Shown in pieces: positions 1 to 10,288 of a stretch of 40,742 bases of DNA. The notes beneath the pieces are model-generated. The model made no database searches. It saw only the letters and a program-made list of their open reading frames with translations, and was not told the DNA's origin. The stretch is from Microcoleaceae cyanobacterium (GTDB taxonomy: Bacteria > Cyanobacteriota > Cyanobacteriia > Cyanobacteriales > Microcoleaceae), in NCBI GenBank assembly GCA_051652765.1, contig JBOFUV010000099.1, positions 1 to 40,742 on the forward strand. Reading direction: 5' to 3'. The position numbers were made by a program, and so were the translations under genes. Every line of letters begins with the position of its first letter. The stretch's first letter is position 1.

Positions 1-570
1 ATGGTAGCAACTGTTATGGTCAAGGACTGTGATCTCCAGAGCGAAAGTGCAACTGCCCATTGCAACAGTATTTTGGTCTCTCCACGGCGAGAGCGGTCAG
101 ATTCTCAGCCTGATTTACTGAGTCTGACTCAACCTTCAACTCAGATTCGTTTGGCTTTAGAAGAGTTGAGCTGTTTTGAGATGGTTGAACATCAGTTTCA
201 GTCCTGGGGCATCACGTTTATCAATGCAATCACCCTTCAGCCCTCTAATCCCGTCTTTGGAGTTGACCCTGAAGCAATGGTATTGATGGGAGCCCCGAAA
301 AGTGGCTGGCTTGAAATTTACTTTGCGACTCCCATTCGTCGGATTGAAGCTGGGGTGATCAGTTCTCGACCAACAGTTCTATCTGCCTACAACTCAATGG
401 GTGAGGAAATCGCCCAAACAGAGATGACTTTAGTCAAGCCCAAGTCCCATACTCATCCCACAGAACTTCCCAAAGCTCGGCTCAGCCTCGCCTGTGCGGG
501 TATCAGCAAAATCACATTTTACGCATTTGATGGGCAGCTAGTCATTAGTCAGTTACTGTTTGAGTTTTAG
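1..570 (+). CDS. Hypothetical protein (189 aa), predicted beta-rich C-terminal domain
   Basis: Full ORF from ATG at base 1 to TAG at 570. No family recognised; the start sits at the window edge, so upstream context is unseen. Confidence 0.6.
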   Translation: MVATVMVKDCDLQSESATAHCNSILVSPRRERSDSQPDLLSLTQPSTQIRLALEELSCFEMVEHQFQSWGITFINAITLQPSNPVFGVDPEAMVLMGAPKSGWLEIYFATPIRRIEAGVISSRPTVLSAYNSMGEEIAQTEMTLVKPKSHTHPTELPKARLSLACAGISKITFYAFDGQLVISQLLFEF

Positions 571-607
571 TCAATTAGGTTTAATCAGTTAGGTTTAATC
601 AGTCAGG
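571..607. repeat. 14-bp tandem repeat TCAGTTAGGTTTAA, about 2.6 copies
   Basis: tcaattaggtttaa / tcagttaggtttaa / tcagtcagg directly after the stop codon. Confidence 0.8.
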
Positions 608-649
608 TGGCGTTGCTGAATCGAAGTCTGTATTGATCTGAGTGGTTTC

Positions 650-725
650 TTCGCCCCCTAAATCTCCCAATACTGAGGGACTTTGAGAAATCCGGCTCCC
701 CCAGTATTGGGGGCTGGAGGGCGAA
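650..725. repeat. REP-like palindromic element; possible bidirectional terminator between convergent genes
   Basis: Outer IR ttcgccc...gggcgaa; inner IR cccaatactg (666-675) / cagtattggg (702-711). Confidence 0.7.
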
Positions 726-768
726 CTCATATAGCGGTTCTTACATTAGTGAGGGACACCTCAACCAC

Positions 769-2010
769 TCAAGTCCCCTTTTCATTTTGCTCAAGCTGCT
801 GCTGCCATCGTCGAACCAAATTTCGCACCGTCTGATCCCAACTGTATTGAGCCGCATAGTCCCGGCTTCTAGCTCCCATTGATTGCCGCAACGTCACATC
901 CTCCACCAGTCGCCTCAGGGCTTCCTCAAACTGTTCAGCATTCTGGGGTTCAAACAGGAAACCATTCCAACCGTCCTGGATATCCTGAACCACTCCGCCT
1001 GCACGGGGAGCGATCGCCGGAAGTCCTGCGCCCAAAGCCTCGATCAGAGTGACCGAACGATTCTCCTTTTCTGAGGCCGTGATATAGATGTCGCTGTTGA
1101 ATAACACTGCTGGAATGTTCTCTGGGGCAACCCGACCCAAAAAATGGACATGGGGAGTCACCTGACTCAATTTCTCCGCAATTTCCCCTTGCAGTTGACC
1201 ATCGCCCACAATAATCAGGGCAATATTTTCAATCCCAAGTTTGACCAACGCCTGAGGCAGGGCCGAGAGGGTAAAGTTCCAGCCTTTATCAGGAGTTAAT
1301 CGCCCGACAAAAACCAGCTTAACTTTATCGTCAATTCCTGAAATTTGATACGTCTTTGCAAAAAATTGATCCGCTTGTAAGCTCAAATCAAACCGATCAA
1401 AATCAAACCCGTTTAAATCTTCATACTGGGTATTTTTAATACCAAATTCAATTAATTTCTGTTGAGTCACTACACTGGGAACCAGGGTTAAGTCATAGCG
1501 ATTGTAAATCAAAACTAAAAGTTTTCTGAGGAGAAATTGTAGCCCTGAAATCACCCCAGGAGGAACAGAGAAAAAGTCCTCTAGATACTCTGAGAAATTT
1601 GTCCTAAAGCAGGCAACACAAGGAATCTTGGCAGCTCTTCCATAGTCCAATCCTGGGAACAGTTTCAAGGAACCAATAAACAACCGTTCTGGCTCTTCAA
1701 CATGTAAAATATCAGGTTGAAACTGTTGCAACTCTGTTAAAATCTGTGGATAGGAGCGCCGACCGATATTTCGTTCAAAATCAACCCCAATAAAGGGGAT
1801 ACTCTCGACCCCAACCACCCTTACCCCTGGTAAAATATTGCCGACATAGTCTTTCCAGTTCGGGTAGAGGTGGGCCAGACCACGATAGTCAGGACAGAGA
1901 AACAACACCTCGTAGCCAAACTGACTGAGTTTTTGGAGGCGATAAAACCAGCCAACGGTGACACCATCTAAGACGGGAAGAAACCCGCCAGTCAGAATTG
2001 CAATTTTCAT
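769..2010 (-). CDS. Glycosyltransferase family 4 (GT-B fold)
   Basis: N-terminal MKIAILT..FLP..DGV; FVGRLTPDKG; IVGDG; E-x7-E motif (ENRSVTLIE); NGFLFEP; YSW. Confidence 0.9.
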   Translation of the reverse strand: MKIAILTGGFLPVLDGVTVGWFYRLQKLSQFGYEVLFLCPDYRGLAHLYPNWKDYVGNILPGVRVVGVESIPFIGVDFERNIGRRSYPQILTELQQFQPDILHVEEPERLFIGSLKLFPGLDYGRAAKIPCVACFRTNFSEYLEDFFSVPPGVISGLQFLLRKLLVLIYNRYDLTLVPSVVTQQKLIEFGIKNTQYEDLNGFDFDRFDLSLQADQFFAKTYQISGIDDKVKLVFVGRLTPDKGWNFTLSALPQALVKLGIENIALIIVGDGQLQGEIAEKLSQVTPHVHFLGRVAPENIPAVLFNSDIYITASEKENRSVTLIEALGAGLPAIAPRAGGVVQDIQDGWNGFLFEPQNAEQFEEALRRLVEDVTLRQSMGARSRDYAAQYSWDQTVRNLVRRWQQQLEQNEKGT

Positions 2011-2144
2011 CGAGTCACTCGCTAGAAATGAGTAGTCAAAACTTAAGGTCAGCGTTTGAGCACCTTACTTATAGCCCCTTGCAACAGGATTAAACAACGA
2101 TTTAACAGTATTCTATACAGCATTCTATATGGCAACGAACCCTT

Positions 2145-3338
2145 ATGCTTGGCCCCTATGCTTGGATTGAGCGATCGCTAGAGACGATTCATCGGGCAGA
2201 CTGGTATCGTTCAGTGACCCCAATTGAAGGGTGTCCAGGGGCAACTGTTTGGATAGAAGGGCAAGAAATGCTCAATTTTGCTAGCAATGATTACCTGGGA
2301 CTAGCGGGGGATCAGCGTCTGATTCAGGCGGCGATCGCCGCCACCGAACAATTTGGCACAGGCACTACAGGTTCAAGGCTGTTGACGGGGCATCGTCAAC
2401 TTCACCAGGCATTAGAAACCGCGATCGCCCATTTAAAGCAAACAGAAGCTGCCTTGGTGTTTAGTTCAGGCTATCTGGCAAATTTAGGGACAATTGCGGC
2501 AATCGTCGGCCCACGAGATTTAATTCTATCGGATCAATACAATCATTCTAGCCTCAAAAATGGAGCAAAACTCAGTGGCGCAACAGTTCTAGAATATGCC
2601 CATAATCAGACTGAACACTTACGAGAAATCCTCATCCAAAATCAGGAACGTTATCGCAAGGTTTTGATAATCACGGATAGCGTTTTTAGCATGGATGGAG
2701 AGGTGTGTCCCTTGCCAGAATTGCTCCAGTTGGCAACAGAGTTTGGCTGTATGCTCTTAGTAGATGAAGCCCATGCAACGGGGGTTTTTGGTAAAACTGG
2801 AGCCGGATGTGTGGAGCATTTTGGCTGTACCGGTCAAGCCTTAATTCAAGTCGGAACCTTAAGCAAAGCCCTAGGAAGTTTGGGAGGTTATGTAGCAGGT
2901 TCAGCGAGTTTAATTGACTTTTTACGAAATCGTGCTCCCACTTGGATTTATACAACTGGATTAACACCAGCAGATACCGCTGCCGCATTAGCAGCAATTA
3001 AAATTCTGCAGCAAAATCCTCAACTTCGATTACATCTTTGGGAGAATATTCAATCCTTTCAGACCTTACTGGCAACAACAAACATACCCCTGATTCATGC
3101 ACAAAAGACTCAGCAAGGTTCTGAACTCAAACTCCATGCACCCATTGTCTGTTTCCCTTTTCAGGATGCAGCAACAGCAGTGAGAGTCAGCAATCAACTC
3201 AAAAAACAGGGAATTTTTGCGCCAGCAATTCGTCCCCCCACCGTCAATACCAGCCGAATTCGCGTGTCTTTGATGGCAACTCATACCGTTGCCCATCTCG
3301 AAAAATTGGTGGAGGGATTATTCAGAATAGGGAGATAA
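2145..3338 (+). CDS. bioF: 8-amino-7-oxononanoate synthase
   Basis: [45 protein letters not shown] lysine motif [15 protein letters not shown]. Confidence 0.95.
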   Translation: MLGPYAWIERSLETIHRADWYRSVTPIEGCPGATVWIEGQEMLNFASNDYLGLAGDQRLIQAAIAATEQFGTGTTGSRLLTGHRQLHQALETAIAHLKQTEAALVFSSGYLANLGTIAAIVGPRDLILSDQYNHSSLKNGAKLSGATVLEYAHNQTEHLREILIQNQERYRKVLIITDSVFSMDGEVCPLPELLQLATEFGCMLLVDEAHATGVFGKTGAGCVEHFGCTGQALIQVGTLSKALGSLGGYVAGSASLIDFLRNRAPTWIYTTGLTPADTAAALAAIKILQQNPQLRLHLWENIQSFQTLLATTNIPLIHAQKTQQGSELKLHAPIVCFPFQDAATAVRVSNQLKKQGIFAPAIRPPTVNTSRIRVSLMATHTVAHLEKLVEGLFRIGR

Positions 3339-3646
3339 GCTAATCTGCATTCAAGTTTCGCGAGTTTGGCTTGCAAAATTTGAATCCTGACGCTTAAAAA
3401 TCTAATGATGATTGGATGTCTGTAGTGCAGGCTAGAGGCATCCACGGGCAAGATATTCACTCTCTGTTCACCATTCAAATCAGATCGCTATATAATAGTT
3501 TGAAGACCTATGTAATAGGTTGAAGAACAGTCTGAAGAATGGTCTAAAGATCTGTCAGTTAATGGATTAAATTTGAAGGTTACGAGGCTCCTTTTAACAT
3601 ATCCTCCTAACATATTCTCGGCGCAACAATTTGTAGTTCAACTAAG

Positions 3647-5014
3647 ATGGCTTTTACGCTTCCAAAAGAATACAATTTCCTCCCCCGCTTCTATCGACTC
3701 TCACTGATCAGTGTTTTTTCTAATATGACGGTTCCTCTAGCAGGTTTGGTAGATACTGCCTTCCTGGGGCACCTGTCAGAGATTCAGTATCTGGCTGGGG
3801 TGATTCTCGCCTCGGTTTTATTTGATTACCTCTACAGAGTTTTGAAGTTCTTGCGCTCTAGCACGAATGCTCTAACTGCCCAAGCCGTTGGCCTGAATGA
3901 TCAAAAGGCGGTCATCTTGGCGGGAGTTCGCAGCGGGCTGGTTGCCTTGGCCATCGGTCTATTGATTTTAGTCCTCCAATACCCCTTGCAGAAACTTGGA
4001 TTTGCGATTTTGAGCGGTTCTTCACCCGTTGAAGCGTCAGGAATTGACTATTTTTATGGACGTATTTGGGGTGCACCTGCTGTTTTACTGAACTTTGTCC
4101 TGATTGGCTGGTTCCTGGGGCGGGAGATGAATGGCATGGTCTTGTTAATCACCTTGGTGGGCAATGGGGCGAATGTGTTGCTGGACTACCTGATGATCTT
4201 CAAATGGGGATGGGCCAGTGGTGGTGCGGGTTTGGCAACAGCCCTGAGTCAATACTTGTCTTTGCTGGTTGGACTGATGGGACTATGCTTTAGCATTTCC
4301 TGGAGTGACCTCTCAGCGGCCTTGCCAGAAATTTTGGACTGGGCCGCCCTGAAAGATGCAGTTGCATTAAAGTGGAACATTCTGATTCGGTTTCTGGTGC
4401 TGGTCTCCACCTACGCTATCTTTACCAATCTCAGTTCAGCCATGGGAATCACAACGTTAGCACAAAATGGTCTATTGCTTCAGATTGCCTTGCTGAGTCA
4501 GTTCACGATCCAGGGGGTGGGCATGACGACCCAGACGTTAACGGGCAATTTCAAGAGTAAGGGCGAACTCCAGTATTTGTTCCCCTTGTTGATTGTTTCT
4601 ATTCTGACGGCGATGCCAATTGCTCTTTTCTTTGCCGGGGGATCAATTCTGTTTCCAGAAGCGGTTTTTGGCGTGTTAACCAGTCACCGGGAAGTGAATG
4701 AAAATATTGCTAGCTATACTCCCTGGCTCTTGCCACTCCTGGAATTTACAGCCGTTGCTTTTATGTTGGAGGGACACTTTATTGGTTTGAAAGAGGGAAA
4801 AGCCCTGCGAAATGGGGTTTTGGCTGCGTTTGGGCTAGGATTTGTTCCCTTAGCGACATTGGCTTGGCATCTCCAAAACAATCATTTACTTTGGCTATCT
4901 CTGGTGGGATATATGGTGGCCCTTACCTTGTTTTTGGCGATTCAGTTCTCTCGAACCTTTAGTCAGCTCAACTTGCAAGCACAAAGCGATCCATCTTCCA
5001 AGCAAGCAGCCTGA
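3647..5014 (+). CDS. MATE family efflux transporter (DinF-like)
   Basis: SNMTVPLAGLVDTAFLGHL N-terminal motif, RIWGAPA, NVLLDYLMIF..GW...GAG.AT; about 12 hydrophobic segments. Confidence 0.9.
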   Translation: MAFTLPKEYNFLPRFYRLSLISVFSNMTVPLAGLVDTAFLGHLSEIQYLAGVILASVLFDYLYRVLKFLRSSTNALTAQAVGLNDQKAVILAGVRSGLVALAIGLLILVLQYPLQKLGFAILSGSSPVEASGIDYFYGRIWGAPAVLLNFVLIGWFLGREMNGMVLLITLVGNGANVLLDYLMIFKWGWASGGAGLATALSQYLSLLVGLMGLCFSISWSDLSAALPEILDWAALKDAVALKWNILIRFLVLVSTYAIFTNLSSAMGITTLAQNGLLLQIALLSQFTIQGVGMTTQTLTGNFKSKGELQYLFPLLIVSILTAMPIALFFAGGSILFPEAVFGVLTSHREVNENIASYTPWLLPLLEFTAVAFMLEGHFIGLKEGKALRNGVLAAFGLGFVPLATLAWHLQNNHLLWLSLVGYMVALTLFLAIQFSRTFSQLNLQAQSDPSSKQAA

Positions 5015-5034
5015 CTTTGAAGTCTATTTCAAGG

Positions 5035-5475
5035 TCAGCTTGGATCTGGACTGGCTTGGGGTTCCGCCTGAATCCGCTCTAGCTCCTTGAGATAGACTTC
5101 TCCAATATCCTGTTCCTTCAACCCCTCCAGCATAATCGTTTCATAGCTTACTTGGCCGTGAACCAACATTTCTTTTCCTAGACCCGGCAGAGGAGTTGTT
5201 GTGAAAATCCAAACCGAACCCGTTGGGTCTTCAAGTTGATAGGCCCCTGCCCCCAAGAATGGGGCTTGTTCTTGAACGTTGCCTCTAACATAAACTTTTG
5301 CCGCTGACTTGCGGTTTTGGAGATGGGAAATCTTCGTAGTTTGTGGAGAAGACTGAGCCTCTGAAGTCGCCAAATCCCGACATCCATAGAGTCCTGCAAG
5401 CATCAGCAGGGTCACGGTGCTGATCGGAACAATTCTCAGGGATTTAAACGAACTGAATTGCAATGTAGCTGTCAT
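5035..5475 (-). CDS. Putative lipoprotein with OB-fold-like domain
   Basis: Lipobox-like LAGLYGC after a hydrophobic stretch; VYVRGNV...YQLEDPTGSVW...VHGQV OB-fold pattern. ORF track starts at 5547; ATG 5475 preferred. Confidence 0.65.
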   Translation of the reverse strand: MTATLQFSSFKSLRIVPISTVTLLMLAGLYGCRDLATSEAQSSPQTTKISHLQNRKSAAKVYVRGNVQEQAPFLGAGAYQLEDPTGSVWIFTTTPLPGLGKEMLVHGQVSYETIMLEGLKEQDIGEVYLKELERIQAEPQASPDPS

Positions 5476-5575
5476 GAAGCCAAAAACACAAGGTACAACG
5501 CTCTGCGGCAGCCTACCATTGACTGTAGATCGCTCTTGGGAGCCCATGGGCTATCCAAACTTTGAATCAATCTTG

Positions 5576-5610
5576 ACTGGGAAACCCTGATTAGTATAGC
5601 GTTTCCCAGT
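5576..5610. promoter_or_regulatory. 10-bp perfect inverted repeat in the divergent spacer upstream of folD
   Basis: ACTGGGAAAC-N15-GTTTCCCAGT, overlapping TTGACT at 5573-5578. Confidence 0.45.
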
Positions 5611-5636
5611 AAATTCATTCTTCATACCTGCAAAAA

Positions 5637-6506
5637 ATGGCAAATCTATTGGATGGAAAAGCCGCTGCCCAGAAAATTCAGACCGAGTTAAGAGCACAGA
5701 TTCAACCTCTAGAAGCTCAATCGGGTCGTCCTCCGGGTTTGGCAGTGATCATGGTGGGAGACAACCCCGCCAGTGAAGTCTACGTTCGGAATAAGGAAAA
5801 AGCCTGTGCCAAGGTTGGAATTACCTCCTTCGGCAAACATTTGTCTGTGGAAACAACCCAAGCCGAACTGATTGAGATCATTCACTCCCTCAACCACAAT
5901 GATCAGGTAGATGGGATTTTAGTCCAGTTGCCCTTGCCTGCTCATCTAGATGCGATCGCCCTGTTATATGAGATTGACCCCAACAAAGATGTTGATGGAC
6001 TGCACCCTGTTAATCTAGGGCGATTAGTGAGGGGAGAACCAGGGCTTCGCAGTTGCACCCCTGCTGGGGTAATGCGGCTATTGGCAGAATATAACATTCA
6101 GATCGAGGGTAAAGATACCGTAGTCGTGGGAGCCAGTATTTTGGTGGGTAAGCCGATGGCCCTGATGTTGCTGGCCCAAGAGAGTACGGTCACCGTTGCT
6201 CACCTCAAAACCAAAGATTTGACAAAACTGACCCGCGAAGCTGAAATTCTGATTGTTGCTGCCGGATATCCCAAGTTAATTACGAAGAATATGGTAAAAC
6301 CCGGTGCAGTTGTGGTTGATGTCGGAATTAACCGGATTACTAACTATGAGGGAACTTCTCAAATTGTCGGAGATGTGGATTTTGCTGCCGTTGACCCTGT
6401 GGTGGAATATATTAGTCCTGTACCTGGAGGTGTTGGCCCAATGACTGTGGCAATGCTTTTGCAGAATACAGTTTGGAGTTATCAACAACGCACCTCGAAT
6501 TTGTAG
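5637..6506 (+). CDS. folD: Bifunctional methylenetetrahydrofolate dehydrogenase/cyclohydrolase
   Basis: [62 protein letters not shown]. Confidence 0.97.
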   Translation: MANLLDGKAAAQKIQTELRAQIQPLEAQSGRPPGLAVIMVGDNPASEVYVRNKEKACAKVGITSFGKHLSVETTQAELIEIIHSLNHNDQVDGILVQLPLPAHLDAIALLYEIDPNKDVDGLHPVNLGRLVRGEPGLRSCTPAGVMRLLAEYNIQIEGKDTVVVGASILVGKPMALMLLAQESTVTVAHLKTKDLTKLTREAEILIVAAGYPKLITKNMVKPGAVVVDVGINRITNYEGTSQIVGDVDFAAVDPVVEYISPVPGGVGPMTVAMLLQNTVWSYQQRTSNL

Positions 6507-6550
6507 CGCTGTTGCCGCACTTTGTCCTTTATCACTGCCAGATTGATTTT

Positions 6551-6610
6551 AAGATCTAATTGCAAGATCTAATTGCAAGATCTGATTGTAAAGTCCGGTT
6601 GCAAAATCTG
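6551..6610. repeat. 13-bp tandem repeat AAGATCTAATTGC, about 4.5 decaying copies
   Basis: aagatctaattgc x2, aagatctgattgt, aaagtccggttgc, aaaatctg. Confidence 0.8.
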
Positions 6611-6890
6611 TTGGGTCTCTGCAGCGGTTACAATTCGGTGTAGGATGAAATTTGAAACTTAGGGTTTGTGATTGCCCAATTTTTCAAGGCAACATAGAGT
6701 CTAAGCCTAGCAACTTAAAGTTAGTTCAGAGCACTAGTTCAGAAAATCAATCCCGCGTTGATCAGTCATCTGTTCATCAGCATCTTGATTGCACCCAGGA
6801 ATGTATCTCAAAGGTATAGCTTGTGTGAAAAAGTGTAGCGGGGAGAACCAATGACTGGTGGAAGATATGACTAGTAGAAACAAGCAACAG

Positions 6891-7817
6891 ATGGTTTTAG
6901 CTGGCGAGTCCCCATTATTGTCCACACTGTCAACGTTTGATCTAACGGCCTACCTGGTACAGCGCAAAGCTCAAGTAGAGGCGGCCCTGGATCGTTCAAT
7001 TCAGGTCGTCTATCCAGAAACAATCTATGAGGCAATGCGTTATTCCCTGATGGCGGGAGGAAAGCGTCTGCGTCCTATTTTATGTTTGGCAACTTGTGAG
7101 TTGCTGGGGGGCGATCTTGACATGGCCATGCCTACAGCCTGTGCCGTTGAGATGATCCACACCATGTCTCTAATTCACGATGATCTTCCGGCAATGGACA
7201 ATGACGATTATCGCCGGGGAAAATTGACAAACCACAAGGTCTATGGAGAAGACATCGCTATTCTTGCAGGCGATGGGCTCCTGAGCTATGCGTTTGAATT
7301 TGTAGCGACCCAAACCGATGACGTTCCAGCCAAACAGATTTTACAGGTGATTGCTCGATTGGGTCGGGCAGTTGGGGCAGCAGGCTTGGTCGGGGGTCAG
7401 GTGGTGGATTTGGCCTCTGAAGGTCAACCCAATGTATCAGAGGAAACCCTCACATTTATTCACACCCACAAGACTGGAGCTTTGCTTGAAGCCTGTGTTG
7501 TCTGTGGGGCAGTATTAGCAGGGGCTTCGACTACAGACTTAGAGCATCTATCCCGCTATGCACAGGATATTGGATTGGCCTTTCAAATTGTGGACGATAT
7601 CCTGGATATCACGGCAACTCAGGAAGAGCTGGGAAAAACAGCCGGGAAAGATCTCAAGGCCCAAAAGGTAACCTATCCGAGTTTATGGGGCCTAGATGAA
7701 TCTCGGCGGAGGGCGAAAGAGTTAGTGAATCGAGCAAAGGTAGAACTGATGCAATTTGGGGAGTCTGCTGTTCCTTTGGCAGCGATCGCGGAGTATATTG
7801 TCAGTCGCAGTCATTAG
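6891..7817 (+). CDS. crtE: Geranylgeranyl diphosphate synthase
   Basis: [62 protein letters not shown]. Start could also be 6858 or 6867. Confidence 0.95.
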   Translation: MVLAGESPLLSTLSTFDLTAYLVQRKAQVEAALDRSIQVVYPETIYEAMRYSLMAGGKRLRPILCLATCELLGGDLDMAMPTACAVEMIHTMSLIHDDLPAMDNDDYRRGKLTNHKVYGEDIAILAGDGLLSYAFEFVATQTDDVPAKQILQVIARLGRAVGAAGLVGGQVVDLASEGQPNVSEETLTFIHTHKTGALLEACVVCGAVLAGASTTDLEHLSRYAQDIGLAFQIVDDILDITATQEELGKTAGKDLKAQKVTYPSLWGLDESRRRAKELVNRAKVELMQFGESAVPLAAIAEYIVSRSH

Positions 7818-7832
7818 AGGTATTCAGTTCCC

Positions 7833-8291
7833 ATGCAGGACTTTGGCAAAATCCTTGAAAATCAAGTGCTCTGGATAGCATTGCTGGCCTGTTTTGCGGC
7901 CCAAGCCTGTAAGGTTGTGGTTGAACTAATCCTAAATGGCAAACTAAATTTACGCTCGTTGGTCACGACGGGCGGAATGCCAAGTTCTCATTCTGCTTTC
8001 GTGGGTTCTCTGGCAACCAGTGTGGGGCAAATGGTGGGATGGGAGAGTCCGGAGTTTGCGATTTCTCTAGTGTTTGCTGTGATCGTGATGTATGATGCCG
8101 CAGGGGTGCGACAAGCGGCAGGTCAACAGGCTCGAGTGCTCAATCAAATTCTGGATGAACTGTTTCAAGGGCATCCTCAGTTTAATGACAATCGATTGAA
8201 GGAACTCCTCGGTCACACCCCGTTTCAAGTGATCATGGGTCTGGTTTTGGGAATTGCGATTTCTGCCTTGGCATTCTTTAGCCGTTATTAG
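7833..8291 (+). CDS. Divergent PAP2 family protein (DUF212)
   Basis: TGGMPSSHSA, VMYDAAGVRQAAG.QA.VLN, LKELLGHTP.QV; the usual crtE neighbour in cyanobacteria. Confidence 0.92.
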   Translation: MQDFGKILENQVLWIALLACFAAQACKVVVELILNGKLNLRSLVTTGGMPSSHSAFVGSLATSVGQMVGWESPEFAISLVFAVIVMYDAAGVRQAAGQQARVLNQILDELFQGHPQFNDNRLKELLGHTPFQVIMGLVLGIAISALAFFSRY

Positions 8292-8295
8292 TGTT

Positions 8296-8380
8296 AAGTG
8301 TTAATTTTTAAGTGTTAATTTTTGAGTATTAACTTACAGCAGTTTTTAAAATCAGGTTTAAAAGCAGGTTTAAAAGCAGG
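8296..8380. repeat. Two adjacent tandem repeats (14-bp AAGTGTTAATTTTT x2.6; 12-bp TTTAAAAGCAGG x3)
   Basis: Read directly in the convergent spacer; each array adjoins one gene's stop codon. Confidence 0.8.
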
Positions 8381-8815
8381 TTAGCCCTGAAACTGAGTGA
8401 CGGTAAACAGGTCAAAGATCTGTCGGCAACAGAGTTTTAATTTCTCTACCGCTTCAGGGGCAGGCTGGTTTTGACCTGTAAAACCCCAGTTATCTACCGT
8501 TGAAACTTTCCATTGCTGACCCTGATGGTCGTACCCTGCTGCCTCAACGCCAATCACCCGGCGATCGCCCTCAATAGGGTCTTGATAAAATCGAATCTGA
8601 ATCAGGATACAACGGCTCTGCAAAGCCCGATTCCGACCCGGAAAGTTAAAGCCGATGTCAATGGAATCTGGATCAATGAGTTCACGAGTATCTGGATCAT
8701 TCATCCAAGGCTTCAGATCAACCCGAACATCAGGGAACTGAGCCTTGAATAAGTTGACAACTGAGGCAATCTTACTGGCCAGTTCGAGGGTATTTGCCTG
8801 TTCGGACGCATTCAC
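8381..8815 (-). CDS. Hypothetical protein of cyanobacterial type (144 aa)
   Basis: GTG start; DLKPW..DP.T....DPDSIDIGF.FPG pattern recalled from cyanobacterial hypotheticals; function unknown. Confidence 0.75.
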   Translation of the reverse strand: MNASEQANTLELASKIASVVNLFKAQFPDVRVDLKPWMNDPDTRELIDPDSIDIGFNFPGRNRALQSRCILIQIRFYQDPIEGDRRVIGVEAAGYDHQGQQWKVSTVDNWGFTGQNQPAPEAVEKLKLCCRQIFDLFTVTQFQG

Positions 8816-8931
8816 AAATCACGATCCCTTCGCGTCAAGTTTTTTGCAATATTATAATGTCCGTAGCAAGAGTGAGCAATGAACCCATGACCTCAGGCCC
8901 ACAACAGTGACTCACATTTACTGTGAAACAG

Positions 8932-9261
8932 TTACTTAATTTTTTGCTTTAAATTGGCAAACTGTTTTGCAAATCCTCCAGAGGGCTGATTAGACTGAGA
9001 GTCAGCCGGTTGAGTCCTTAAATCAGCCTGACTGGGTGGTGGTTCGGCTCGGTTTGTTCTAATCTCCTCTAGGTCAGAACTTTTACCCGATTCTGTCTGA
9101 GTGAGGTACATCAGAACGTTTTTGCTGTGAAGCTTGACCACAAACCTTGCCGCTGCTCCAGGGCTATCAAAATGACCCAATGCTTGAATGTCTTGGATCA
9201 TAGCAAATAACTCTTCAGAGACCCGGAATCGAATTTCAGGTTTCAACTTTGCCAAATTCAT
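8932..9261 (-). CDS. ParR/CorR-like ribbon-helix-helix adaptor with C-terminal amphipathic helix
   Basis: EIRFRVSEELFAMIQDIQALGHFDSPGAAARFVVK fits RHH beta-alpha-alpha; S/Q/P-rich linker; ends GGFAKQFANLKQKIK. ATG 9261 lies just after the parM-like stop, with a purine-rich AAGGGGG upstream; the ORF-track start 9336 overlaps parM. Confidence 0.7.
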   Translation of the reverse strand: MNLAKLKPEIRFRVSEELFAMIQDIQALGHFDSPGAAARFVVKLHSKNVLMYLTQTESGKSSDLEEIRTNRAEPPPSQADLRTQPADSQSNQPSGGFAKQFANLKQKIK

Positions 9262-9268
9262 CACCCCC

Positions 9269-10288
9269 TTAGGCTGTTTCAACCAGTTCAAGCTGGGCTT
9301 GGGCCGGTCTTGGGGGATGTAATAACCCCATGACATTACAAAACTGAGGGTTTGCTGGAATCACAAAGTAGTCGTTGTCGGCAATTAAGTCCTTGACCAG
9401 ATTTGCTGAACCTCCGGTCAAAATCACGCGGCCTAAGCGGTCAAAATAGCGCTGCCATCGAGTTTCTACTTCACTGAGAATGCCACTGAACCACTGTTCC
9501 AAATAGTCATTGTAATAATCAGCAAAGCTCACCCCAGTCGTCCCGTAAAAGGTGCTCCCAGATTGCAGGGCATTCATCAAGGTTTCCAACTTGGGCGCAT
9601 CTCCTTTGTTGGCATTGACAAGGCGAGGATCAGCCGCTAGTAATGAGGCCAAATGATAGGTTCCCCCTACTTTGAAGCTAGACGACGCATCTTCAATGGG
9701 TTCGCCGTACTCGTCAATCAGCACCAAATTGCAGGTCTTGCCACCCAAATCACAAACTCCAGTTAAGGTGTCAGGAATAGTCAGTCCCTGGTGATTGGCG
9801 AGCCAGAATGTTCCCAACCCTTCAGGATAGATTTTTACCTCTCGAATATTTAATCTAATTTCTTCAGAATTCCGTTTGTATTTATGCTCTCCTAAAAAAG
9901 CTTGTTTCATGTTTTCAACAGCGGTTTGATCTCGCAATTCTGGGAGACTGGTAGCCAAACAGTCAATATCAACAAAAGGCTGACCATTTTTAGGTTTAAA
10001 GGCAAGTAAACCTAGGCGAATTGCAACTTCGCTTTTCTCATAGTTCATGGTTGCTTTGTAGATATTTTTATTTCGAGCTGAACTGCCAGCAATCCAAATC
10101 TTTCCAACCAGTTTCTGATTAATTACATGGTTGGCTTTCGTGTATTCAATAATGGCGCTTTGAGCGTTGACTGTGGGTCTAGACTTGGAAACCAAATCAG
10201 CATAGACTGAATCAAAAGCAACTGGCTGCTGCCCAATTTGGTACATTTTAGGATGTCTATAACCAATATCTAAGGAAATTCGTGTCAT
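9269..10288 (-). CDS. parM: ParM/StbA family actin-like ATPase
   Basis: All five actin-fold motifs: SLDIGYRHPK (phosphate 1), IYPEGLG (connect 1), CDLGGKTCN (phosphate 2), ILTGGSA (adenosine), NPQFCNVMGL (connect 2). SD TAGGAG upstream of ATG 10288. Confidence 0.88.
   Translation of the reverse strand: MTRISLDIGYRHPKMYQIGQQPVAFDSVYADLVSKSRPTVNAQSAIIEYTKANHVINQKLVGKIWIAGSSARNKNIYKATMNYEKSEVAIRLGLLAFKPKNGQPFVDIDCLATSLPELRDQTAVENMKQAFLGEHKYKRNSEEIRLNIREVKIYPEGLGTFWLANHQGLTIPDTLTGVCDLGGKTCNLVLIDEYGEPIEDASSSFKVGGTYHLASLLAADPRLVNANKGDAPKLETLMNALQSGSTFYGTTGVSFADYYNDYLEQWFSGILSEVETRWQRYFDRLGRVILTGGSANLVKDLIADNDYFVIPANPQFCNVMGLLHPPRPAQAQLELVETA

Noticed and set aside
3647..5014. Toxin-cluster exporter implying a secondary-metabolite locus
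   Set aside because: No biosynthetic genes nearby; looks like a stand-alone DinF-type MATE.
5560..5636. ZTP (pfl) or THF riboswitch upstream of folD
   Set aside because: Only TGACTGG resembles the pfl motif; the GTGG..CCAC stem and the 3' GCC..C.GGGC hairpin are absent.
9262..9336. N-terminal extension of the ParR-like ORF (track start 9336)
   Set aside because: It overlaps the parM 3' end out of frame; ATG 9261 sits just after the parM stop with a purine-rich SD-like sequence.
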